Source of the DNA: Promethearchaeota archaeon
GTDB taxonomy: Archaea > Asgardarchaeota > Lokiarchaeia > Sigyniarchaeales > SOKP01
Direction: 5' to 3'
NCBI GenBank assembly: GCA_030599585.1
Contig: JAUVNS010000019.1
Location: forward strand, 1-64,000
DNA length: 64,000 bases
Of this stretch, positions 10,299 to 19,786 are shown in pieces. The number at the start of each line of letters is the position of its first letter. Within the stretch, counting starts at the first letter, position 1. A program made the translations under genes and the position numbers. Below the pieces are notes generated by a model. That model did no database searches. It was not told the origin of the DNA and worked only from the letters and a program-made list of their open reading frames with translations.

Positions 10299-10499
10299 GT
10301 GGGTAAAGGAACTCCGAGTAAAGGAAAGAAGAATAAAGCAGCAAGTCATAAAACATGTAGAAGATGTGGAAGGCATAGTTATCATAGAAGCAAAAGATTC
10401 TGTGCGCAATGTGGATACGGTAGAACCGCCAAAATGCGTCAACCAAGCTGGAGAACTAGATATCGAGCTTTTAACAAGACTAAAGGCTTCCACGCTTAG
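10299..10499 (+). CDS. rpl37e: 50S ribosomal protein L37e
   Basis: (M)GKGTPSKGKKNK..HKTCRRCGRHSYH....CAQCGYG. The GTG at 10299 is preceded by an AGGTGG Shine-Dalgarno. Confidence 0.96.
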   Translation: MGKGTPSKGKKNKAASHKTCRRCGRHSYHRSKRFCAQCGYGRTAKMRQPSWRTRYRAFNKTKGFHA

Positions 10500-10647
10500 G
10501 TAATGTTTCTTAATTGTTATTAAATCTAATTCTTATTTAACTAATCTAAATCCTTAGGAAATTAAAAGGAACACATATTTTTATATAATATTCAATTACT
10601 TCGTTATATTAATTCATATTTTTTCATATACTATAAACCTCAATAAA

Positions 10648-11025
10648 ATGATTGAAGCACTAAAAAATAACCTTGTAATAAAAGAATTAGATAAATTAGA
10701 TTTAGTTAACGGAATAAGTGGCACTGCTATTGTAAATCGAAATGGATTGATTATAATTTCTAGATTACCAAGGCATATAGACAATCGTAAATTTGGTGCT
10801 ATGGCAGCTACCATGTTTGAGGGAATGGAAACTGCGGTATCAACCTTCAAAGATAATGTTGTTAATTTAACTGTAGAATTTGATGAGGAACAATTAATAA
10901 TTTATGCAATCAATAAAGAATTAATCTTTATTACTTTACTTGAATTGAGAATTGACTTGGGAATAATTTTAATTGAGGTAGAAGAACTTATAAAATTTAT
11001 TCAAAAATTTTTAGAGAGTGAATGA
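10648..11025 (+). CDS. Roadblock/LAMTOR2 (LC7) domain protein
   Basis: GISGTAIVNRNGLIIIS...FGAMAATMF..METAV...LTVEFD..QLII...LGIIL fits the Roadblock pattern. Confidence 0.88.
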   Translation: MIEALKNNLVIKELDKLDLVNGISGTAIVNRNGLIIISRLPRHIDNRKFGAMAATMFEGMETAVSTFKDNVVNLTVEFDEEQLIIYAINKELIFITLLELRIDLGIILIEVEELIKFIQKFLESE

Positions 11026-11762
11026 AAATGCTTACTGAATCACAGAAAAAAAGATATTCACGTCAAATTTTGTCCAAATCCATAGGTGAAGAAGGTCAAG
11101 AAAAGCTGTCAAAAATTAGAGTCTTACAGATAGGTGCAGGTGGATTAGGATCCCCTTTTGCACTTTACATTGTAGCAGCAGGTATTAAAGAATTAACAAT
11201 CTTGGATAATGACACGGTATCAATTTCTAATCTTCAAAGGCAAATTTTATATAAAGAATCTCAAATTGGAAGAGAAAAAGTGCTTGCTGCTAAGGAAAGT
11301 TTAACTACATTTAATTCTGAAGTTGAAATTAATACCTATAACGAATATGTAGATGAAAATTCTATCGTGAAGTATATTGAAAACAAAGACTTCATCGTTG
11401 ATTGTAGCGATAATTTTAAAACGAAGTTTCTTGTGAATGAAGTTGCGGTGAATTATGGTATTAAAACAGTTATAGCGGGCATTAAAGACTTCTACGGTCA
11501 GATAATTACAATAAATCCCAAAAAAACTGCTTGTTATGAATGCGTTTTCAACCAACCACACTCATTCAATTCTTCAGAGAGTCCCTTACCTGTAATTGGT
11601 GTAACACCGGGAATATTGGGTACTTTAGAGGCCTTGGAGGTTATTAAAACATCATTGGGGTTACCTAATCTAGAAAATAAGTTACTTACGGTAAATCTAT
11701 TAAATTTATCTATTGATGCCATTGATCTTGTAAGGAGTGAAAACTGTTTTTGTTCAAAATAA
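11022..11762 (+). CDS. ThiF/MoeB (E1-like) adenylyltransferase
   Basis: RYSRQI, GQEKL, GAGGLGS, DNDTVSISNLQRQ, DCSDNF, ACYEC; ATGA overlap with the Roadblock stop. Confidence 0.93.
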   Translation: MKMLTESQKKRYSRQILSKSIGEEGQEKLSKIRVLQIGAGGLGSPFALYIVAAGIKELTILDNDTVSISNLQRQILYKESQIGREKVLAAKESLTTFNSEVEINTYNEYVDENSIVKYIENKDFIVDCSDNFKTKFLVNEVAVNYGIKTVIAGIKDFYGQIITINPKKTACYECVFNQPHSFNSSESPLPVIGVTPGILGTLEALEVIKTSLGLPNLENKLLTVNLLNLSIDAIDLVRSENCFCSK

Positions 11763-11803
11763 AAAATAATAAAAAAATAGTAAAAGTTAAGAGTTTTTTT
11801 ATA

Positions 11804-12325
11804 TTAGAGTCCTGCTTTTGAAACGATGTAAGCAACACAACCATAGAAAAAGCCATTTACAATACCTGCTATAAAGATTACAAGGATTGTTCCCAATTCG
11901 CCATAAGTTACCACTTTTCCAAACCAATCAATCGCTAGATACGAAGAGGAGAGTTGTCCTACTCCAAGAAGAATAGTATATACAACTGCGGTCAATAAAG
12001 CTGTAGTTAACCAGGCTCCAAAAGCTGTCTTATTCGATTCTCCTAGAAATGATGCTACAATAACCGCGATTAAAGGAGGGAGAATCAATCCTAGAAACAT
12101 CATTAAATCAGTTAAAAGGTCGGTGGTCGTTAGTAATGGAAGAATTCCACTGGTGGTCCACGCTGCGCCTGGAAAAGTGAAAATGGGAGCGAAAATCGTT
12201 GTTATAATAAACATTATATCTGTTGTTGGAAAACTTGGCACCGTAAATAACGCAAATAACATAAACACTGTATTTAATCCTAAATAAATTACAAGTGTAA
12301 TGACGAAAGTTTTTATAAAATTCAT
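11804..12325 (-). CDS. Multi-pass membrane protein, unknown function
   Basis: About 5 hydrophobic segments; likely start ATG 12325 (ORF track starts at TTG 12334). Confidence 0.75.
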   Translation of the reverse strand: MNFIKTFVITLVIYLGLNTVFMLFALFTVPSFPTTDIMFIITTIFAPIFTFPGAAWTTSGILPLLTTTDLLTDLMMFLGLILPPLIAVIVASFLGESNKTAFGAWLTTALLTAVVYTILLGVGQLSSSYLAIDWFGKVVTYGELGTILVIFIAGIVNGFFYGCVAYIVSKAGL

Positions 12326-12491
12326 TTTCTTCAAGCTCTTATTTTTGTTTTATGTTTAAAGATTTCTTTATTTATCTAATGGATATAATCTTATATAAAT
12401 TTTTTAGAGGATTTAAATTAAAAAACATTATAATATCATGATAGGAATGAGAAAAATTAGTATTAAATAATTGAATTAAGAAAAAAGAGTT

Positions 12492-13040
12492 CTAGAGTTT
12501 TGAATATTTAGAATTCTTTTCAAAAAACTCCTTGAACAATCTTCCGTTTTCAGCATATACAATAGACGTTTTTTCTCCTTCCATTTTACCTTTTTGAGGT
12601 AATTGCTTCTTAACTTTAGCTGGAACGCCTACGGCTAAAGTTCTTGGTGGAATTTCCTTACCAACTAACACACCACCCGCGCCTAAAATTGCACCATCAC
12701 CCATCTTAGACCTATGCAATACATTAGCACCTATTCCAACCAAACATCCGTTTCCAATCGTACACGGCCCATGAATCATAGCGTGATGACCAATGATACA
12801 ATCATTGCCTATATTTACGGTAGAACCTATTTCGTTGTGAATAGATACATTTTCTTGAACGCTAGTGTTGTCACCAATAATTATCGTCCCCCAATCTCCC
12901 CTTAAAACAACTCCAAACCAAATATTGCTTCTTTCTCCAATTATAACGTTCCCGATAATAACTGCTGTTGGAGCTATGTATGCTGATTCATGGATTTGAG
13001 GTATTTTGCCTGTTTTAGGGCTAGGCATGATTATTGGCAT
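12492..13040 (-). CDS. Gamma-class carbonic anhydrase family (left-handed beta-helix) protein
   Basis: PQIHESAYIAPTAVIIGNV.IG...IWFGVVLRGD, QENVSIH, IGHHAMIHG (metal-binding His present), GVPAKV. Confidence 0.93.
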   Translation of the reverse strand: MPIIMPSPKTGKIPQIHESAYIAPTAVIIGNVIIGERSNIWFGVVLRGDWGTIIIGDNTSVQENVSIHNEIGSTVNIGNDCIIGHHAMIHGPCTIGNGCLVGIGANVLHRSKMGDGAILGAGGVLVGKEIPPRTLAVGVPAKVKKQLPQKGKMEGEKTSIVYAENGRLFKEFFEKNSKYSKL

Positions 13041-13147
13041 GATCTCTTCACAAACACATCGTATTTTAAAGATGAAAAATTAAAGAAATTTTATTAAGCT
13101 TATTGAATTAAAAAAGGCTTTGAAAAATATTGGATAATAATTTATCT

Positions 13148-13500
13148 TTATGACGGTAATAGATAACTGGTAATCTTTCTCTTTTTCTTCTTTTTAATTT
13201 TATTAAATGCTCTTCTAGAAAAATTTTTTGGAACATCTAAATAATCTCCTTCCCAATCACAATTTCTAAAGATGTGTAGAACTATTTTTAACTGATCATA
13301 AGAAGGATAAAACTCATAATTATTTCTGATTTATTAACATACTTCAAAAAGAATATATTAGAGAAGATTATATAAGAAAATATGTCAAAAATGAACTGAT
13401 TGAAGCGTTTTTGGAAAGTGGGGAAGAGTCTATTCTAAAAAAATTGCATACTCTTTCTAAATCTTTATATACTATTGAGTGGATATTTTTATCAACATAA
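13148..13500. pseudogene. Two start-less reading-frame remnants meeting back-to-back at ~13330
   Basis: Minus 13330->13148 reads IRNNYEFYPSYDQLKIVLHIFRNCDWEGDYLDVPK...KKRKITSYLLPS*. Plus 13330->13500 reads FINILQKEYIREDYIRKYVKNELIEAFLESGEESILKKL...*. Each is preceded by an in-frame stop. Confidence 0.35.
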
Positions 13501-13535
13501 AATTTTTGACAAAAAAATATGAAGTGTAAAATAAT

Positions 13536-13976
13536 ATGAGCTCAAGCAAAGTAAAATCCTCTAATTCGATTTTAAATATTTTAATTGTAGCTGTAGGGGT
13601 AATTTTTCTATTTAGAGCGATAATCGACTTTTTAACATTAGGTGGATTAATTTTACCTGAAATTTTGGCAGACTGGGGGAGTGCAGTTGGTGGTGTTGCT
13701 GCCCTTGGAGGCCAAGGGTTAGTCTCCCTTGTTTTAGCCTTCTGGTGTATAGTTGCTGGATTTGCCATGTTTAAGGAAGCAGAATGGGCTATGGGACAAG
13801 CATTAGTAGTTCTCAGTATAATGGTCGCTACGGGAGTTTCCCCAGTTATAGGATTAATAATGGATCCCGCTTCTTTTGACTTAGCTAACATATCAGGTAT
13901 GATAAATCTCGTTGCTTTTATAGTAGGGGTAGTTGGATTTATCTGGTTAATGGTTACGCGTAAAAGATATGATTAA
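13536..13976 (+). CDS. 4-TM membrane protein, unknown function
   Basis: Four hydrophobic helices and a basic C-terminus (TRKRYD). Confidence 0.8.
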   Translation: MSSSKVKSSNSILNILIVAVGVIFLFRAIIDFLTLGGLILPEILADWGSAVGGVAALGGQGLVSLVLAFWCIVAGFAMFKEAEWAMGQALVVLSIMVATGVSPVIGLIMDPASFDLANISGMINLVAFIVGVVGFIWLMVTRKRYD

Positions 13977-14139
13977 AAATAATTTAATATTGAAATTTTT
14001 TTTTTCTTTTATATTAAAGAAACGTGACCGATGAAAAAGCTTTTTAGTGATTTAACAATTTTGACCAAATATTTAAATTAGATATTTGTTTATTAACAAA
14101 TAACTTTTCGGTCTATAATCCAATATATACTAAAAGAAG

Positions 14140-17100
14140 GTGTTTTCCATTCAAACCGATTTGCTCGAGAAAAAAATTAAAGAAAGTTTCGAATATCCCC
14201 AACATTTATACCCTAAAAGAAAAGGTTTAGCAAAAGCCTTTCACATGTCTAAAAGTTTCGGACACAGCAGAGATGTAACTTCAGTCGCCTTGTCTCATAA
14301 AGGAGATTATATGGTTAGTGGCTCAAAGGATAATACTCTAAAAATATGGGATTTTCTAACTGGAAATCTGTTAAGGACAATAGAAGCTCACGATCATTCA
14401 ATATTAGCAGTAGCAGTATCGATGGATGACAACTATATTTATAGTTCTTCTTCTGACAACGTGATAAAAGTATGGGGGTTAAAGAGAGGGCATTTTATAA
14501 ATGAATTAAGAGAACATACTGATTCAGTTACATCATTAGCTATAACTTCCGATGGGAAAAACATCATAAGTGGTTCCAAAGATAAAAGTGTGATTGTTTG
14601 GAATCTATTAAATTCGAAATCCATTCATAAGTTTGAACATAAAAGTGCGGTATTCTCAATTGCTATATCTAAAAATAATGAATTCATGGTTTGTGGAACT
14701 GAAGATGGTGTTATTAGATTATGGAACTTAAAGAGCAATAAGTTTATTCGCACTATTAAAGGGCATGCTGGAACTGTAACATCACTTACAATTTCACCAA
14801 ATGGAAAATACATAATTAGTGGATCAAATGATAATACAGTAAGAATATGGAGTCTTTCAAAAGGAAGACCGATTTATATACTTAAAGGTCATTCAGGAAT
14901 AGTTCGATCTGTAGCCATAACACTCGATGGAAATTTGATTGTGAGCGGTTCTGACGATAAAACCATAAAAATATGGGATGTTTCCACTGGTGAAATTATA
15001 AGAACGCTCAAAGAGTATACTGGTAAGGTATTGTCAATTACATTTTCTCCTGACGGGAAGTATATAATAACAGGATCTGCAGATAATAATATTATGGTAT
15101 GGGAGAATATGAAAGGTAAACTCGAAACCACTATCAACGCTCATAATAATAGAGGAATCAATTTTGTAGCAATTTCTCCTAATGGAAGTTATATAGCAAC
15201 TGGTTCAGATGATAATACTATTAAAATTTGGGATTTTAAAAGCTTAAAACTCATAAGAACATTAAAAGGGCATAACAGAGCGGTTAATTCGGTTGAATTT
15301 TCTCGTGATGGAAATTACATTGTAAGTACTTCATTTGATAAGAAAGTTATAATTTGGGATATCAAGCGCCCAGAACCATACAGTATTGTTACAAACATAG
15401 GTGGTGTTCCATACTCAGCATCATTTACTCCCGATAATAAACAAATAATCATGGGTTTAGGCAATAATTATCTTAAAATTTGGGACATTCAAAATAAGAA
15501 TTTTATATGGGAAGAAAAAGCTCATAAAGGGTCGGTAACTTCAATAAAGTTCACTCCGAATGGAAGATATTTTGTAACTGGATCAAACGACAAACATGTA
15601 ATGATATGGGATTTCATTTCAAAAGAAGTAATTAAAGATCTTAGTGGGCATAAGGGAAAGGTTTCATCAGTTGCAATTTCTCCTAATGGAGCAAATATTT
15701 GTAGTAGCTCTGATGATAATTCTATAAATGTATGGGATTTTTACACCGGCGATTTAGTTTCTGTTCTTGAGAATCATAATGATACTGTTTCAAGTGTAAC
15801 CTATTCCCCAATTGGTAATTGCTTTATTACTACATCTAAAGATGCGACAGTGAAAGTTTGGGATAATAAATATGAACTTATCCAATCATTTGAAGGGCAA
15901 GGAGCTGATGTGAATTCAGTGGTAATTACACCAGATGGAAAGTTTGGTATAACTGGATCCAGTGATGGGCTCTTAAAGATTTGGGCTCTCACATTTGGGG
16001 GTATATTTAAGAATATTAAGGGCCATTCTGAAAATGTGAATTCAATTGCAGTTTCACAGAACGGAAAATTAGCTGTAAGTGGATTGTCTAATAAATCTCT
16101 AATTGTGTGGGATTTGTCTAGTGGAAAATTGATTAAAACTCTTAGGGGCCATACAGATATTATTAGTTCAGTAGCATTTTCTCCCGGTGGAAAATATGTG
16201 GTTAGCGCTTCCTATGATAACACTTTAATAGAATGGGAAATCAATAGCGGTGAAATTATATGGACATTGAATGGACACGATGAGGCTGTTACTTCCGTAG
16301 CTGCATCTTATGATAAAAAATATATTGTAAGTGGTTCAAGAGATAAGACAATTATAATTTGGGAGCCAAAGATGCTTAAACTTTTTAAAAGGCTGAAAGG
16401 AGCAAAAAGTGCAATAACATCTATCGACATTTCACCAACCGGAGAATATATTGTGAGTGGTTTAGAAGATAATTCCATTAATATCTGGAATTTGAAAAAA
16501 GGAAAACTTATTTTTACACTTGAGGGCCATAAAGAAGCCGTAAATTCAGTTGCTTTTTCGCCTGATGGAGAATATATTGCGAGTGGTTCTAAAGATCAGA
16601 CGGTTAAAATTTGGAAAGTTGATACTGGTGAACTAGATTATACATTTGAAAAAATTAATAGCTCAGTCACATCAGTATCATTTTCTACTGATGGTTTATA
16701 TATTGCTTGTGGTACAGAAGATAATTTTATTCGAATATGGGATTTCATTGAAAAGTACCAAACATCCTATTATTACTTATCAAAAGTTAATTCAGCAAAA
16801 TTTATTCCAAATACAAATCAAATTATTGCAGGTTATGATTCAGGTGACGTTTTAGTCTGGGATTTATTAATGGAAGAACATGAAAAACTTCTAAAAGAGC
16901 TTCGAAGCAAATTAAAGAATGTAGAGGACTTAATCGTTAAAAATAATTATTCAGAAGCTATTGAACAATTGGACATTGTTTTGGAAACTGCAGATGTATT
17001 TAATTTTGAAGATATTAAAGCAGTTGCGTACGAAAAACTAAAAAATTTAAGAGATCCAGAAGAATCTTTAAAAAATGTCAAAAAGATATTAGAATTTGAA

Positions 17101-17829
17101 TTCGAAAACCAGAGAAATATAAGTAAAGCTGAGATGGTTAACCAACTCAAGATAGAAATATCAGAAACAGAATATTATGAAAATTTAATAGCAAATCCTG
17201 TAGATTATGAAGCCTCTGAAACAGAACATCTAGAAAATTTAGGAACGAAAATATTACAAGAATTACTTAATCCTACATTGTATGCTTTAGTAATACAAAA
17301 GGAATATAATTTGATCACCGCAAAAAAAATAGGTAGATTCCTTCAAGATCAAGGCTTTATTAAAGAATTTAGAAATTATCCTCTTGATGGAGAAAAGTTT
17401 AAGTCGACAAGTGAGAAATTAGAAGATTTGATAGTATTTGTGAGCTATGCCACTACAGACGCGGAAACATTCAATATTAAAGAATTATCAAAGAGATTAA
17501 AATCTTATGAAGAAATTAAAGAAGTCTTATATTGGCAAGAACACATGACAGATAATATTACGTTATTTATGAGTGATAGCTGTGATAAATGTGATGTAAT
17601 GATTCTTTTTTGTTCTGAAAGTGCTCGAAGTTCTAAAGCTGTCGACAAGGAATGGACGGCCGCAGATATGATGGGTAAACCCATAATTCCTATATTTTTA
17701 AACTCTGATCATATCCCTCCACTTCTAAGATCAAGATTAGGATTTGAATTTGATTTAATGGATTTCGAAAAAAATGTGGTACAGATTTATAACTTGATAA
17801 TGAAAAAATCTGGACGCCGTGTTAATTAG
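14140..17829 (+). CDS. WD40-repeat (21 repeats) protein with C-terminal TIR domain
   Basis: 21 GH...(S/T)GS.D..(I/V)W[DNE] repeats counted by eye (~14260-16865), a helical linker, then TIR motifs IVFVSYA...DVMILFCSESARSSKAVDKEW...IIPIFL...IPPLL. Confidence 0.93.
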   Translation: MFSIQTDLLEKKIKESFEYPQHLYPKRKGLAKAFHMSKSFGHSRDVTSVALSHKGDYMVSGSKDNTLKIWDFLTGNLLRTIEAHDHSILAVAVSMDDNYIYSSSSDNVIKVWGLKRGHFINELREHTDSVTSLAITSDGKNIISGSKDKSVIVWNLLNSKSIHKFEHKSAVFSIAISKNNEFMVCGTEDGVIRLWNLKSNKFIRTIKGHAGTVTSLTISPNGKYIISGSNDNTVRIWSLSKGRPIYILKGHSGIVRSVAITLDGNLIVSGSDDKTIKIWDVSTGEIIRTLKEYTGKVLSITFSPDGKYIITGSADNNIMVWENMKGKLETTINAHNNRGINFVAISPNGSYIATGSDDNTIKIWDFKSLKLIRTLKGHNRAVNSVEFSRDGNYIVSTSFDKKVIIWDIKRPEPYSIVTNIGGVPYSASFTPDNKQIIMGLGNNYLKIWDIQNKNFIWEEKAHKGSVTSIKFTPNGRYFVTGSNDKHVMIWDFISKEVIKDLSGHKGKVSSVAISPNGANICSSSDDNSINVWDFYTGDLVSVLENHNDTVSSVTYSPIGNCFITTSKDATVKVWDNKYELIQSFEGQGADVNSVVITPDGKFGITGSSDGLLKIWALTFGGIFKNIKGHSENVNSIAVSQNGKLAVSGLSNKSLIVWDLSSGKLIKTLRGHTDIISSVAFSPGGKYVVSASYDNTLIEWEINSGEIIWTLNGHDEAVTSVAASYDKKYIVSGSRDKTIIIWEPKMLKLFKRLKGAKSAITSIDISPTGEYIVSGLEDNSINIWNLKKGKLIFTLEGHKEAVNSVAFSPDGEYIASGSKDQTVKIWKVDTGELDYTFEKINSSVTSVSFSTDGLYIACGTEDNFIRIWDFIEKYQTSYYYLSKVNSAKFIPNTNQIIAGYDSGDVLVWDLLMEEHEKLLKELRSKLKNVEDLIVKNNYSEAIEQLDIVLETADVFNFEDIKAVAYEKLKNLRDPEESLKNVKKILEFEFENQRNISKAEMVNQLKIEISETEYYENLIANPVDYEASETEHLENLGTKILQELLNPTLYALVIQKEYNLITAKKIGRFLQDQGFIKEFRNYPLDGEKFKSTSEKLEDLIVFVSYATTDAETFNIKELSKRLKSYEEIKEVLYWQEHMTDNITLFMSDSCDKCDVMILFCSESARSSKAVDKEWTAADMMGKPIIPIFLNSDHIPPLLRSRLGFEFDLMDFEKNVVQIYNLIMKKSGRRVN

Positions 17830-17900
17830 TAATTAATAAAGAAGTTTTAATATTCATTTAACATATTTGTACATTTTAAATTAAAAGAGCGGAATCAAAA

Positions 17901-19631
17901 ATGGAAGAAAATTTACATTTTGTATATGAGAAAGAGTATTGGTATATTAGCGCATTTATTAATACAAATGAATTTATTGGTGAGACAAAAGCAGAGGAAA
18001 TCGAAGCGTTATTATTAGAAAAGCTAAAAAATCTCAGTGAAGTCGATTTAAAAAAAGCATATAATTTTTTAGAAAAATACCCTAAACCTGAAGAAAAAAA
18101 AAAGGTTTTGGAAAATATGGCTAAATCAATTACTATTGAGTGCGATTGGGAGCCTTTTTTCCAAAATTTTCCCTATACAGACGAAAATAATCCTTATACG
18201 GAAGATAATAAGGATTTAACTTATAATACTTTAGGTTATTTTAAATTGGAAGTAGAATATTTTAGAAACGAGCCTTTTCAAAAGGAAACTTTAACTCCAG
18301 ATTTAATACAGCAAATCCCTTTTATTGCTATTGATATCCTTAAGAAATTTAGCAAAAGAAAAGAAAATCAATTTCTTCTCCTTGATATTGAAAGTCCAAT
18401 TTATGTGTTTGTGATATCTAAGAAATTAAAGCCAATGGAAGTTCAATGGACAGAAGAAAACATAAACAAATATAAAAAAAGCATTGGAACATGGACACAA
18501 ATATATTCAGGTCAGTGGACAGACTATTCTGATGAACTTTTTGAACGAAGAACTAAAAAGAACCTCTCTAATCGCGTAACAGAATTACACTACATTCAAA
18601 GAAATTCTGGATTTATTTATATGGTACAAAAGAATTACGAAACAGAATTTGAATACATCAATCAAATGATTTTAAATCCAACTCCTCAAATAAGAGCTGT
18701 TCTTTTTGCTCTCATGTCAATTAATAACTCTCTTGACATATTATTTATGAAAAGGTACTCCGATGTTTTTATGAGCTTGGAACAAATTGAGGAAAAAACA
18801 AAGAATCTAAGATTTTTAAGAGGAATGATCCAAACAAAGATGAGCCTTATCTACAGTGAATTAGATTGGAATCCAAGAGAACATTACGTTAGGGTTTTGA
18901 CTCATTTATTAAAGATATTTCGAATAGAGGTTATAATTGAAAGAGTTAATGATAAATTTAAAACTCTTTATGACACGCTACAGGAACTATATACTAAAAG
19001 GCATGAAGAAAATCAAAAAAATACTAAGAGGGCAGTTAATTTCTTGGGTATCTTATTTGGTGCCGGATTCATATTAGAATTTGCTAATTCATTAAGAATT
19101 ACATTTGGATTAAGAGAAGAAGATCAACCAACTCCACTAGTACATGCATTATTAACAAGCGTTCTAGGCATAGGATTTGTTGTATTATTAGCATACTTTA
19201 TTTATGGTAAAGTAAAAACTAAAAGTCTAGATTATGGCCATACTGTTGATGCTGTTATTCAAGTCGACGATCGAAATATAATTTTAGTTAAAAGAAGATA
19301 CGCTCCTTATAAAGATAAATACGCCCTTCCTGGTGGATTTATTAAATATAATGAGAATCCAGCGCAAGCAATATTAAGGGAAGTTCGTGAAGAAACCAAT
19401 CTTGCCGTGAAAATAATAAGTAAAATTGGTACATATGATCAAAAAGGAAGAGATCCTAGGGGAAAAATTGTTTCTACTGCATTTAAGTGTCGTCTTGTTA
19501 AAGATCTTTCAATGTTACAAGAGGGAGATGATGCCTTAAGAGTAAAGATTATTCCAATTGAACAACTTAAAAATCTAGAGTTGGCATTCGATCACAACCA
19601 AATCTTAAGAGACGCTGGAGTTTTAAAGTAA
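17901..19631 (+). CDS. CorA/DUF155-like 2-TM protein fused to C-terminal Nudix (NadM/NrtR-type ADP-ribose pyrophosphatase-like) domain, paralog A
   Basis: Long helical stalk (HY...L...F.I....ERVNDKF..LYD..Q), two TM helices, then TVDAVI...KR...ALPGGFIKYNENPAQAILREVREETNL (Nudix box), RDPRG, GDDA, LAFDH. Confidence 0.82.
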   Translation: MEENLHFVYEKEYWYISAFINTNEFIGETKAEEIEALLLEKLKNLSEVDLKKAYNFLEKYPKPEEKKKVLENMAKSITIECDWEPFFQNFPYTDENNPYTEDNKDLTYNTLGYFKLEVEYFRNEPFQKETLTPDLIQQIPFIAIDILKKFSKRKENQFLLLDIESPIYVFVISKKLKPMEVQWTEENINKYKKSIGTWTQIYSGQWTDYSDELFERRTKKNLSNRVTELHYIQRNSGFIYMVQKNYETEFEYINQMILNPTPQIRAVLFALMSINNSLDILFMKRYSDVFMSLEQIEEKTKNLRFLRGMIQTKMSLIYSELDWNPREHYVRVLTHLLKIFRIEVIIERVNDKFKTLYDTLQELYTKRHEENQKNTKRAVNFLGILFGAGFILEFANSLRITFGLREEDQPTPLVHALLTSVLGIGFVVLLAYFIYGKVKTKSLDYGHTVDAVIQVDDRNIILVKRRYAPYKDKYALPGGFIKYNENPAQAILREVREETNLAVKIISKIGTYDQKGRDPRGKIVSTAFKCRLVKDLSMLQEGDDALRVKIIPIEQLKNLELAFDHNQILRDAGVLK

Positions 19632-19649
19632 TAAAATAAACTATCATCT

Positions 19650-19772
19650 ATTTTTTTTTTTGAAAAAATTGCAAAATTAATAACATTGAAGATAAAATAC
19701 GAAAAAAAAAAATTCAGTATTTTAAGAATTAGGAAGTAGGAGTTAAATTTTAAATTTATTGAATAAAAAAAA
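19650..19772. terminator. Bidirectional oligo-T/oligo-A terminator region between convergent paralogs
   Basis: T-run at ~19650-19661 on +; A-runs at ~19702-19712 and ~19765-19772 (T-runs on -). Confidence 0.5.
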
Positions 19773-19786
19773 TTAAGCAAAATAAG

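Noticed and set aside
10171-10850. Minus-strand ORFs 10171..10446, 10275..10493 and 10614..10850
   Set aside because: Antisense to well-supported LSm, rpl37e and Roadblock genes.
13472-13891. 139-aa minus-strand ORF
   Set aside because: Antisense to the 4-TM protein 13536..13976, which has the more plausible composition and start context.
14439-17150. Short ORFs overlapping the WD40-TIR gene
   Set aside because: Antisense or off-frame shadows of the repetitive WD40 coding sequence.
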